Shown here piece after piece: positions 24,751 to 35,828 of a stretch of 44,671 nt of DNA. Below the pieces are notes generated by a model. It saw nothing but the letters and a program-made list of their open reading frames with translations, ran no database searches and was not told the DNA's origin. The stretch comes from Octopus bimaculoides (lineage: Eukaryota). A program made the translations under genes and the position numbers. Positions within the stretch are counted from its first letter, which is position 1. Each line of letters starts with the position of its first letter. The stretch is taken from positions 127,460,275 to 127,504,945 of the forward strand of contig NC_068982.1 in assembly GCF_001194135.2 (NCBI RefSeq). Direction: 5' to 3'.

Positions 24751-25210
24751 GTTCAGTAGTTTTATTTTTATAACGTGCTTTCACTTCACTACCGAGCGCA
24801 GCTCTGTGTGCCTTGGGTATGTGCTGTGGTTTGCTGTGATGCTCTTATGGTTACTGTATTGAAAGTGTTTTGCATAGGATGTGTGCAGTGCCCAGTAGTG
24901 CAATTTTCTGTATGTTATATATATTTGTAAGTCCTGGTATTTTTGTTATGTATTTGTCTGAATATTTTTTTATTATACCTAAGGCACCTACTATGATAGG
25001 AATTGTTTCTGTTTTTAGATTGCACATTTGAGTAACCTCTATTTTCAGGTTTTTGTATTTTGAAAGTTTTTCCATAGGGAAACGTTGTAATCTGCTGGTA
25101 TTGATACATCAATCAGAAAGAATTTTTTTTCTTCATGATCTTTGACAACTATATCTGGTCTATTTGCCTTAATTTCTCTGTGTGTATTGGCATATCCCAG
25201 AGTATGGTTG
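24751..25210 (-). mobile_element. R4/Dong-like LINE 3' end 1 (restriction-like endonuclease)
   Basis: TILWDMPIHT, ANRPDIVVKD, FLIDVSIP, and ORF 24851-25075 MEKLSKYKNLKIEV...IIVGALG...IQKIALLGTAHIL. Ends in (TAA)n. Confidence 0.88.
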
Positions 25211-25219
25211 CTTATTATT

Positions 25220-25413
25220 GCGAAGGTGAACTGGCTGAATCATTAGCAAACTGCTTATTGGGCAAAGCACTTGTCAGCGTTTCTTCCTGCTTTATGTTTT
25301 GCCTTTCATTCTCTTGGAATCAGTGAAATAAGTACCAGTTGAGCACTGACACTGATGTAATCGACTTACCCATTCCCCCAAATTTCAGGTCTTGTGCCCA
25401 TAGCAGAAAGGAT
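25220..25413 (+). mobile_element. SINE family A, diverged
   Basis: GAACTGGCTGAATCATTAGC head through AAATAAGTACCAGTTGAGCACTG...TTGTGCCCATAGCAGAAAGGATT. Confidence 0.75.
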
Positions 25414-25414
25414 T

Positions 25415-25506
<92 letters not shown>

Positions 25507-25532
25507 CATTATTATCATCATCATCATCATTA
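25414..25532. repeat. Compound microsatellite (GTT)n-(ATT)n-(ATC)n
   Basis: Directly visible. Confidence 0.97.
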
Positions 25533-25667
25533 TCTTCTTTCAATTTTATTTCCATTTTTTTTTCGAGTGTCTTCCTGACACCTAGGGCAAAGAAACTCAC
25601 TCTATACATTGATAGGCCATTGAAATAAAGACACCAGATATTATCATTACTGTTATAATTATTATTA

Positions 25668-25830
25668 TTGAGTGGAGAGAGCACTGCATGCCATCAAAGT
25701 AACACTAGGGTAAAATATACAAAGTCCAGTATATTCATCATGACAACCCATCTGATAAGGGTACACCAGGCACATGCGTCACAACCATGTGCACGACATG
25801 GTGATCTTATATCAAGATAAGCAGCACATG
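25668..25830. mobile_element. Terminal fragment of an unclassified interspersed repeat
   Basis: GAGAGCACTGCATGCCATCAAAG...GATAAGGGTACACCAGGCACATG matches an octopus repeat I recall. It truncates the 3' UTR of the adjacent LINE. Confidence 0.5.
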
Positions 25831-25834
25831 ACCT

Positions 25835-26560
25835 TGCAACTTATCTTGTGCTGTGGTTTGTTGTGGTGCTCTTATTTTCACTGTATTGAAAGTGTTTTAT
25901 GTAGGATGTGTGTGATGCCTCGTAGTGCTATTTTCTGTATGCTAAGTTCTGGGGTTTTTGTTATGTATTCATCTGAATGTTTTTTTTTTTTTATCATACT
26001 TAATGCACCTACTACAATAAGAATTGTTTCTGTTTTTAGGTTCCACATTCGAGTTACCTCTATTTCCAGATCTTTGCATTTTGAAAGTTTCTCTGTTTCT
26101 TTCAGAGAAATATTGTCATCTGTTGGTCTTGGTACAGGGATTAAAAAGCAATTTTTTTTCTTGGTGATCTCAGACAACTATATCCAGCCTATTGGCCTTA
26201 ATTTCTCTGTCTGCATGTATTGGCATATCCCAGAGTATGCTTGCTTTCTCATTTTCTGTGACCTTTTCTGGTGTGTACCTATATCATCTTTTTTCTGTTG
26301 TTATTCCATAGTGTGGGTGATAGCTTCCAGTGTATGTAGGTCCAAACTCTGTCATGTCTGTGAATATGTTCCTTCTTAGCCAGGACTGGGTAGCCAGAGG
26401 CAATATGAATTATTGTTTCTTCTCCATCACCACATATTCTGCAGTTACTTGTATTTCTTTTCATTACGTGTTTTTGGTGATTGCTGGTGGGAAGGCTTTG
26501 ATCTTGTGTTTTGAGTCTTGAGCTTCTCAGCCATTGTTGGGGTTTTGCTTTGTCTATTTC
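25835..26560 (-). mobile_element. R4/Dong-like LINE 3' end 2 (CCHC zinc finger plus RLE)
   Basis: QQWLRSS, QDQSLPT, CRICGDGEETIIHIASG...RHDRVWTYIHWKL, CFLI..PTDDNISLKETEKLSKCKDLEIEV...IVVGAL. Confidence 0.9.
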
Positions 26561-26561
26561 T

Positions 26562-26730
26562 TTGTATCGGCCTTTGCCTTTCCCTTGGATAACACTGGTG
26601 GCATGGAGAGGGGAGACCGGTATGCATGGGCAACTGCTGGTCTTCCATAAACAAACTTACCCAGACTTGTGCCTTGGAGGGTAACTTTCTAGGTGCAATC
26701 CCATGGTCAGTCATGACCGAAGGGGGTCTC
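26562..26730 (+). mobile_element. 3' part of a further SINE-like repeat family
   Basis: GC-rich block TGTATCGGCCTTTGCC...CATGACCGAAGGGGGTCT at the 5' truncation point of LINE end 2. Family assignment is from recall. Confidence 0.55.
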
Positions 26731-26749
26731 AAAAACAAATTATTATTAT

Positions 26750-27140
26750 GTCAACAGTTTTATTCATATTTATTGTTTTCTCTAAACAATTGAGCACAGC
26801 TTTGAGTACCTTGTATACATGCAATTTTTCTTCTTTTTTTTTTGCTTGTTTCTATTATATTGAAGGTACTCAATACAATGTGCTTCTAGTGCTTACTAGT
26901 GCTATTTTCTGAATATAGTGTATACCTATAAGCCCTGGGGTTTTGGTTTGGTATTTGTTTGCATTTTGTTTTTAAGCATTCCCAAATCAGTTTTCTGTTA
27001 TTATGGGGATTGTTTCTATTTTCAGCCTCTATCTTCTGTTTATCTCTGATTCTAGATTTTTATATTTGAATGTTTTCACCATTTCTTTTTGAGATATATC
27101 ACAGTCTGTTGGGATTGCTACATTGATCAGAAGATTAGTA
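26750..27140 (-). mobile_element. R4/Dong-like LINE 3' end 3, more diverged
   Basis: LLINVAIPTDCDISQKEMVKTFKYKNLESEINRR*RLKIETIPII; homologous to the other two ends. Confidence 0.78.
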
Positions 27141-27165
27141 TCATTGTTGTTGTTGTTGTAGTTGT

Positions 27166-27218
<53 letters not shown>

Positions 27219-27640
27219 ATAGTAGTAGTAGCAGCACCACCACCACCAGTTGCAGCAACAGCAGCAGCAGTAGCATTAGTAGCAGCAGCAGCAACAGTAG
27301 CAGCAACAGTAGATGCAGAAGCATTCATGGTGGCGGTGGTGGTGGAAGCAGTAGCAGCGGTAGCAGCAGTAGCAGTAGCAAAAGTAGTAGTAGTGGTGGT
27401 GGTGGTGGTACCACGACCAACGACTGCAACACCGTGACCAACAATCACCATCATAATCATGATCATCATCAACACCATCTTCATCATCATTTCACTTGCT
27501 TCAAGTTTATTTGTAAGATGGCGTTGTCGTTGTAATCATGTGAGATTCTTCAAGTTGTTGTTGTTGCTGCTGCCGCTGCTGCTGCAGTTGTCGTCTTTGT
27601 TGTCATCATTGTTGTTGTTATTGTTGTTATTGTTGTTAGC
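27140..27640. repeat. Long compound trinucleotide tract (GTT, GTA, GCA, GGT, CAT)
   Basis: Directly visible. It is the source of several low-complexity ORFs. Confidence 0.95.
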
Positions 27641-28254
27641 ACTCTAAAGTTAACAAAAAAAAAAATTTTGTACAAGAATTTTACATGAGATTACCATAAT
27701 TATATATTTGAGAACAAAGACCAACAGATACTACTGATTAAATGCAAAGTAAGCATTGAAATAGAATTCTTATAACCATTTCCCAAGAGAATAAAACAAT
27801 TACTTTTACTAAATTTAATAGTAGCTTAAAGGATATAAAATTAATATAGTCTTAAATAGAAAAGATATTATCATTATGGAAATTATCATCGTTTTTCATA
27901 TTCATTTTGTTTGTTCTTTGATGTGTTTTGTTTTTGTTTTGATTTTTTGATTTTTTTTTGCATGTTGGAATGGATTGTGATAGATCTGCAGATTGTGGTT
28001 TAGAGGTGTGTGAGAAATGTAAAGTGACATACTTAGAAGGTGGAACGGTGTGATTGGGTGCAGCTGTTTCAACGTTGATAATTTGGCACAGCTGAATAGA
28101 AATTCCGTCAGTTTTGATGTTTGGTGGGAGTAATTTTTGATGCAAAAAAAGACACACACACACACATGTATATATACATAAGTATGAATGCATATATAAT
28201 GTGTGTATGTATGTATGTATATATATATATATATATATATAAATATAATGTGTC

Positions 28255-28870
28255 ATCATTATTATCATCATTGTCGTTTAACGTCTGCTTTCCATGCTGG
28301 CATGGGTTGGACGGTTTGACTGAGGGCTGGCGAGCCAGATGGCTGCACAAGGCTCCAATCTGATCTGGCAAAGTGTCTACAGTTGGTTGCTCTTCCTAAC
28401 ACCAGCCATTCTGAGAGTGTAGTGGGTGCTTTTATGTGCCACCGGCATGAGAGCCAGTCAGGTGGTACTGGCATCGGCCATGCTCAAATGGTGCTTTTTA
28501 CATGCCACCCACACAGGAACCAGTCGCGTGGCACTAGCAATGACCACACTTAAATTGTGCTTTTAAACGTGCCACCGGCACAGGAGCCAATCAGGCAACG
28601 CTGGCAACAATCATGCCCGAATGGTGCTTTTTACATGCCACTGGCACAGGAGCCAGTCAGCAGCCCTGGCAATGATCACACTCAAATGGTGCTTTTAACG
28701 TTCCACTGGCATGGATGCCAATCAAACGGTACTGTCATCTGCCACAACAATGAGTTCACTTGCCTCAACAGGTCTTTGTAAGCGTAGCTTATTGTCTAAT
28801 GATTGAAGGGTACCCTTAAATGGGCTGGTTATACAGCTCTGGCATAGGCTACTGTTATGGTTTCACTTGT
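28255..28870 (-). mobile_element. RTE-type 3' UTR/tail copy with 65-67 bp internal tandem units
   Basis: GGTGCTTTT-type motif recurs at 28425, 28490, 28556, 28623 and 28688. (CAT)n tail on the left. Confidence 0.88.
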
Positions 28871-28875
28871 TATGT

Positions 28876-28978
28876 TCTCACAAGGCTATAGTACAATACG
28901 TTTGCCCAAAGTACCGTGCAGTGGGACTGAACCTAGTACCATGTGGTTGGTAAGCAAGTTACTTACCACACATCCACT
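28876..28978 (-). mobile_element. SINE family B head, directly joined to the RTE-type 3' UTR
   Basis: GTGGGACTGAACC...CATGTGGTTGGTAAGCAAGTTACTTACCACAC is nearly identical to 20005-20052. Confidence 0.85.
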
Positions 28979-29454
28979 TTATAAATATAAATTTCACTTG
29001 TGAAGAAGCAGTAGTTGAATAAACTCTGTGTGTGTGTGTGTGTGTGTTTTGTGTGCACATGTGCTTGCATGTCTGTGTATGTTAATGTTCTATAAGAAAA
29101 TATTTCTTACTTTGTTCCAACATAAATTTGGGTTTCAAACTCCAATGGAGAACATGTGGATTTGACAACTAAAAGAAATTGGTGCATTTATCTATTTTTA
29201 TTTCATATAATTTTTGGTGAAGACCAGTATCATTCATTACAGGTTTCCAATGGGTCTATCACTGTTTCACTTTATATCTGATAGCAAAAGGGAAAAGAGA
29301 TTATCTGTGCAAATCTATGTGGTACAAATGTCATAATGTCACACAGATTAATTTTATTCAGCACCACCAGGGTTTTTGGTTTTCCAAGCAAATGCTTACA
29401 TCTTTCACTGATATTTATGATTGGATGATGTGTGGGGGACAAACACACGCACGC

Positions 29455-29523
<69 letters not shown>

Positions 29524-29608
29524 TACATGCATGTTTAAGCATGTAATAAAGAATACTCAATTTAAGATCTGAAAGTTATCACATCTCAGAGAATTGACGT
29601 AAATATAT

Positions 29609-30690
29609 ATATTGGGTCATCTCATAAATAATGTGTTTTTTTTTAATACTTCTTTTATTTTTCAAAATTAAGATAAACAAAGTTCTTTTTAATTTAAAAT
29701 ATACTTTCCTTCATTGTCTACAATGCTTTTCCATCTATCTGGTAGACTTGAAAGACCCCTTTTCCAAAATTCACTTGTCCGTGATGAAAAATACTCCTCC
29801 AGTACTGTTCTGACCTTGTCTACAGAATTCATATTTTTTCCATCTAAATGGTTTTGAAGACTGCGAAATAAGTGATAATCAGATGGGGCAATGTTTGGAG
29901 AATATGATGAGTCGAGCATAGTTTCCCATTCAAACTGCTCTGGCCCTTGTAATGTCATCCTTGCTGTATGTGGCCGTGCATTATCCTGATGGAAGAACAC
30001 CTTTCGTCTTGAAACTAAAGATGGTTGTTTTTCTTTTAGCACTGACTTAAACCGCTCAAGCTGCTCACAGTGGATCTCCTTTATTATTGTTTGGGTTGGG
30101 TTTAAAAGTTCAAAGTGGACTAAACCTTTCATATCCCACCAAACAGATAACAACACTTTATGTCGGTGAAGACCTTCTTTAGCCTGGAGTGCCAGTGTTT
30201 CTCCTTTCCCTACCCACTGTCTTTGATGCTTGACAGTTTTATAGAGAACCCATTCCTCATCACCAGTAACTATTCAGGCCCCCAAAAGGTTCATTCGTGA
30301 GAAGTGATAACAAAGAAGAGCACACATTCACTCTCTGCATGTAATTAGACTCAGAAAGTTTGTGAGGAACCCATTGACCCAATTTGCTGACTTTTCCACT
30401 GGTACACAGGTGTCAGTGAATAGTTGAATGACCAAATCCAAGCTTATCTGCTAGTTCCTCAATAGTTATGATGGGATTTTGTTCCACCAGGGTATGCAGG
30501 ATATCCTTGTTGAGCACTACATGTCTTCCAGGGTGTGGCTCATCTTCTAGGCTTTAGTTTCCAGCTCGGAATTTCTGGAACCACCACTAACACTGGGTTA
30601 CGCTTATTATCTGATCCCCATATACTGCATTAATATTCCTTGCACTTTCTGTTGCATTGTTGCTATCTTATATATTATATGAGATTGTGA
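29609..30690 (-). mobile_element. Mariner transposon, second subfamily; one TIR visible
   Basis: TA-TATTGGGTCATCTCATAAATAATG terminus at about 29610. Transposase similarity extends to about 30690; no matching second TIR seen. Confidence 0.88.
29689..30690 (-). pseudogene. Mariner DD34D transposase relic
   Basis: WFQKFRAGN, GQWVPHKL, IVTGDEEWVLY, then ORF 29689-30156 with LSVWWD, FHQDNARPH and YSPNIAPSDYHLF. I count 34 residues between the second and third Asp. The N-terminal half has stops and frameshifts. Confidence 0.93.
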
Positions 30691-30904
30691 TAATTTTTTG
30701 ACCAATAGATGTAAGGGAGACAATCAATTTCTGAAATCCAGGAACAGGTATTTTCTGCCCCCAGGGGGCCCATTACTCATTATGTGAAAAATTTTAAGAG
30801 TCTAAAACCATCTCTAGAACATAAATAATGTATGTTCCCAGTTTGGAGAAAGTCAGTTGAAAAATACGGCTGTTATAATTTTTTACATACACACACATAC
30901 ACAG

Positions 30905-31056
30905 AATTTTAGTTTCTGCCTATGAAATGCACTCACAAGGCTTTGGTTGGCCTGGGGTTATTGTAGAAGACACTTACCCATGGTGTCACACAATTGATCT
31001 GATCCCAAGACCACATGGTTTGGAAACAAGCTTCTTAACCACACCACCACATCTGC
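30905..31056 (-). mobile_element. SINE family B, 5' part
   Basis: CACTCACAAGGCTTTGGTTGGCCTGGGG...TAGAAGACACTT...CTTCTTAACCACAC. Confidence 0.78.
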
Positions 31057-31104
31057 TTTCATTACACCCACACACACACATGCATGTGTGTGTGTGTAGG
31101 TGTC

Positions 31105-31275
31105 AGCACAGTTCCAATTTATCAAAATTTACTCACAAGACATTGGTTGACATGAGGCTGCAGTGGGAGACACTTATGTGATTCGCTAACACTTACCTAA
31201 GGTGCTCCACAATTGGCTTGAACCCAAAATCAGGTACTTATAAAACAAACTTCTTAATGACATATTCATAGTTGC
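31105..31275 (-). mobile_element. SINE family B, 5' part, heavily diverged
   Basis: ACTCACAAGACATTGGTTG...GACACTT...CCTAAGGTGC...TTGAACCC. Confidence 0.5.
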
Positions 31276-31613
31276 ACTTGACTTTTGGTATGTCAGAATC
31301 AGCACATATTACATATTCTCCCAGTTATGTTATATATAAATATCAGTCACAATCCAGAAGAAATTATCTAATAGTGTTACTTTGACAGTTTTATAAAGGA
31401 AAGTATGAGAAAATATGAATTCATTTATTTCATGTAATTTTGGATTATAATCCCTAAAGTGAATGTGTGATTCCAACAATTTCTTACCTTGCTGTCTCAA
31501 ATTCTTTCTTGAATCAATAACACCCAAGATTATTTTAGAGTAACGACAGAAATATATTCCCTAAATAGAATAAATTTATTCATATGTTCTGTCACATGTT
31601 TCATAATTTTCTT

Positions 31614-31662
<49 letters not shown>

Positions 31663-31862
31663 TGCATGTGCGTGTGCGCACCTGTGTGCCTGCCCACATA
31701 CATTACATATAAGTCTCTGCATGTTTTTGAACACGCATTTTTTCTTATAGCATTATTTTGTCTGTCTGTCTTTCTCTTTTTTCTGTCACTATATATACAT
31801 GCATATTTATACATACTTTCATACATACATATATGTATATATATATATATATATGTATATAT

Positions 31863-31915
31863 NNNNNNNNNNNNNNNNNNNNNNNNNNNNNNNNNNNNNN
31901 NNNNNNNNNNNNNNN
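31863..31915. other. Assembly gap inside (TA)n
   Basis: Run of N. Confidence 0.99.
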
Positions 31916-31952
<37 letters not shown>

Positions 31953-33560
31953 TACAGACATACACACACGTACACACACATCCACAGACACTCCCATGCA
32001 CACAAACATATACATCCATATATCTATTATATCTAGATATGTTTACGAATTGCATATGTCCTGTATTTATCACCATCACACACACATACACATACTTATA
32101 TAGTTATATATACTTAAAAATATATTCATTACATGCAGAAGGTTAAATAAAATCAGGAATCTATTCCTATTATGAAAAGGAATTATATCACAGCTATTAG
32201 TTCCACTTAGATTTGAAATCATTCTTTGAATATTGACATTTCGCTTTTTTAATTTCCTTCCTAAAAGTATTTTATAGAATGAAAACTTTCCAGGAAAGAA
32301 AACTTTTTTTATTATTTTGGAAGAATCTCAAGAGTTTATTGCTCATATTTCTTTTTCAGCATTCCTCTTTCACCATCCAGTGTAATATAACAGTTCGGTT
32401 CTCTTTTAATATCTTAACTTACACTTTACTTTGTATACTATCTCTTGCCGGTCTTATCACATTCTTACATTTCCTTTAATCCAACCATTAATTGTTTATA
32501 TCTTATTCCTTGCTTCTCTTTCTTGCTTTCTGATAGTTTCTTTACTTGTGCATATGATATATGGAGAATTGTTCTGTAATAGACTCCTTCAAACCATTAC
32601 AGCATGGAAGAATAGATCTTGTAACAAAGACAATGATCTTGATCATCATGGTCATCATGATCTCACAGCATCTAATTTTTATTTTTATTGGTTGCCATGC
32701 TTCCATTGTGACAAGCACAGCTTCCACATTTTAACCGTAGACTATAATTGACTCAACATAATTGACAAAAAAATCATTAATTTATTTAACCTTATGTATT
32801 TAAATAATAAAGAAGTATTAAAAAGCTTATGTTTCAAAAACAGAAAAATTTGGGGAACAAAAGAAATCATGTTCACTTATTGTTTATGATGACATTAAAC
32901 TTATCTAATGTCAGTTTACAAAATGCAAATGCTAGAAGGAAGATGTAAAACTAATATTCAATTGATACTCAGTGTTACCAGAAACCAAGAAACCTTTAAA
33001 AGATTAGGAAAGTTGAAACCTTTTGAAGCATAAAGTTGTTTGTTGAAAATGAAAACTGTATAAATCAATAAATACTTTTATCTATTCAATATTCGTCCAG
33101 AATATATTTCTTGGGTTTGGAAAAAATAACTTTCTATTTACAGAATGGGTCCAAAACAAAGATAAAAAAAAATTAGAAGAAGCAGCATCATATTGATGAG
33201 TAAACAAATGTTGTTAAATGGCTAATTATTTAAAAAATAGACATCAAACATTTAGAAACACATTTCTTGGTTTTCAACACTGGTTTTCAATAATCGTAGC
33301 TCCTTTTGATAGAGAAGGCTATTTGGGCTAATTTTGGGGGTCCAAATTCCAAATAGGACATCAGTTTTTGTGTAGCATCTCAGTTATAGTCACTAAGCAC
33401 CACAAGCGGAAAATGTGAAATACCTATTTTGAGCATTTTGGAAATTATTGATGGTATTAATTCTTTGTCTAAATGAATTCATTTAAAATTGAAACTGTCT
33501 ACAAGACTATTTTTAACATGAAAGTCAAAGCAATTTCTTGTCTTTTTCATGCACTTAGAT

Positions 33561-33621
<61 letters not shown>
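33561..33621. repeat. (TC)n microsatellite
   Basis: Directly visible. Confidence 0.97.
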
Positions 33622-33649
33622 GTATATATGTATGTATTTGTATTAGTAA

Positions 33650-34130
33650 CCAGCTCTTGGGGCAAGTGAGATCGAAACTGAACCAAATTTGATGACTGGC
33701 ATTTGTGCCAGAGGAGCGCTAACAGCACCATCCAAGCGGGATCACTGCCAGAGCAGCAGTCTTGCTCCCCTGCCGGTGGCACGTAAAAAGCACCATTTGA
33801 GCGCGATCGTTTCCAGCTTCGCCTTACTGGCACTTGTGCTCGTGGCATGTGAACAAAACATCGGACTGACACCTGTGCAGGTGGCACATAAAAAACACCA
33901 TTTGAGTGTGGCCATTGCCAATACTGCCAGACTGGCTCTCATGCTGGTGGCACGTAAAAAGCACCCACTACACTCTCGGAGTGGTTGGCATTAGGAAGGG
34001 CATCCAGCTGTAGAAACTCTGCCAGATCAGATTGGAGTCTGGTGTAGCCATCCAGTTTGCCAGTCCCCAGTCAAATCATCCAACCCATGCTAGCATGGAA
34101 AGCAGACCTTAAATGATGAGGATGATGATA
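33650..34130 (+). mobile_element. RTE-type 3' UTR/tail copy, same subfamily as 14861-15285
   Basis: Shares GAAACTGAACCAAATTTGATGACT and the downstream sequence with the 14861 copy; (GAT)n tail. Confidence 0.9.
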
Positions 34131-34239
34131 ATACACAATTTCCCAATACCTACAAGAGTTATCACTTCTATTTCACCTACACATCTCTCCAGTATGACAC
34201 ACACTAAATAGCCTCTTGCACACACAAACAGAGAGCAGA

Positions 34240-35625
34240 ACACACACATACACAAATGGGTAAACACACACCTAATAGTTTCATACAAACACATGGACTT
34301 ATTGCAATTACAAGTTTAATCATCTTGAATTTTTCTAGGTTCACATCTAACAAAAATTCGTCTCTAGCTAATATGTATATTTGCACACATAACATAGACT
34401 GGCAAAATATCATGTGTCCTCCTACTTTTAATTTATTATTATGTGCCCTTTTAAAGCCTAGCCAGGTTCATGGGCCCAGTTTCCCGGTTTCTATGGCCTA
34501 TGCGTTCCATCCCCCACCCACCCCAGCTGGACAGGACGCCAGTCCATTGCAGCGTTACTCAAGAAACAGGAAGAAAGAGTGAGAGAAAGTTTGGGCAAAA
34601 GAGTACAACAGGGGTTGCCACCCCCACTGCTGGAGCCTTGTGGAGCTTTACGTGTTTTTGCTCAATAAACACACACAACACTCGCCTGGTCTGAGAATCA
34701 AAACCATGATCCTCCAACCGCGAGTCCACTGCCCTAACCACTGGGCCATTGCGCCTCCACCCTACTTTTATTTATTGTATCTAAATAAATATCATCAATG
34801 GACTTACTAATGAAAGGTATAACCTTGACTTAATTTGCCTTTTCTGTAACCACTTTAATTAATCTATTACAATAACTACCAATTACAAAGTGAACATCAG
34901 TTAAATCTCTTTCACATCTATGAAATGTTTTTTCTATTATGGAAAGGAAGCATGATCTAAACAATTTTTAAAGTTTCAGAAATGCCTACATCTAACTTGC
35001 TGCCTATTTAATCTAAGAGCATGTCTACATTTCCTCTCAGAGGTATATTCATCCCTTAAACATGGACGTTCTGTAAGAGCAAACTATACTGCAGTAGTTA
35101 CCATGAGAGAAACCCACGTATAGGCATTTTGGTGCAAAATACACACTTATTTATATTGCTAGCAGGGAGATAAATCACCACTAACTCCAGCACCAAGCAC
35201 ACCAGATCATTTCATTTTTACCTTGTGTGGTCTTGTCAATGATGGACACTTGACTACTATTGACTGTGAAAAATACACATCACCCATGTCATTTTTACCT
35301 GATACATTTCCTAAACCTAAAATTCTACATTCAAAGCAAATGGATGTATTCCACATACTACTCTAATCCAAAAATTTTCTTTCCGGAAGCAGTTGTCTCT
35401 TGCCTTTCTCATTACCCATTACCTGATCAATAACTTGTACCTTACGACTACCAAACCCAAAAACATGTTCTCTAAAATGTTTATAAATGTGTTGATTCAT
35501 ATCCATTTTAAATGCTTGTCTATGTCCATTAAGATGTTGGTGTAATGCTTCAATTGTTTGTTCCACATATTGTATGCCACATTCAGCAGAATGTATTAAA
35601 TAAACTACATTTCAAAACTTGCATT
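34240..35625 (-). pseudogene. Penelope-like retroelement relic: GIY-YIG endonuclease plus downstream linker (Naiad-like order)
   Basis: In-frame NVVYLIHSAECGIQYVEQTIEALHQHLNGHR...KHFREH (35611-35363). Frameshifted WIRVVCGIHPFALN and RILGLGNVS follow, then PFISKSIDDIYL and TCNCNKSMCLYE. Confidence 0.75.
34431..34760 (-). mobile_element. tRNA-derived SINE family D, full length, with target-site duplication
   Basis: Head GTGGAGGCGCAATGGCCCAGTGGTTAGGGCAG...GGTTTTGATTCTC. Direct repeat CCTACTTTTA at 34421-34430 and 34761-34770. Confidence 0.92.
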
Positions 35626-35828
35626 ATATCAATAAATTATTGTCAATAATAAATATATGTATGTATACTTATAAATATACTTACATAGCATGTCTATGTG
35701 ATGATGATGATGACGATGATGATAACGACGATGATGATAACGACGATGATGATACATACATATATACATACATACATATACATATACATATACATATAAA
35801 AATATATATATATATATATATATATATA

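Noticed and set aside
26600-26730. Possible HDV-like ribozyme in a GC-rich block
   Set aside because: No P1/P3/L3 pattern was found, and it fits better as the 3' part of a SINE.
27029-27647. Poly-Thr/Ala, poly-Ser/Gly and poly-Leu/Val ORFs in several frames
   Set aside because: They come from trinucleotide microsatellites open in most frames. Only the minus-strand end at 27029-27140 is real, and it is LINE-derived.
28425-28710. Regularly spaced 65-bp repeats superficially like a CRISPR array
   Set aside because: The whole units are homologous with no unique spacers, they lie in a eukaryotic retroposon UTR, and there are no cas genes.
34680-34760. tRNA-like sequence with A and B boxes
   Set aside because: It is the head of a TSD-bounded SINE with no complete cloverleaf. 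The same holds for the family A and B heads.
35612-35614. In-frame TGA just before NVVYL as possible selenocysteine
   Set aside because: The position is not a conserved Cys, the relic has many other disablements, and no SECIS was recognised.
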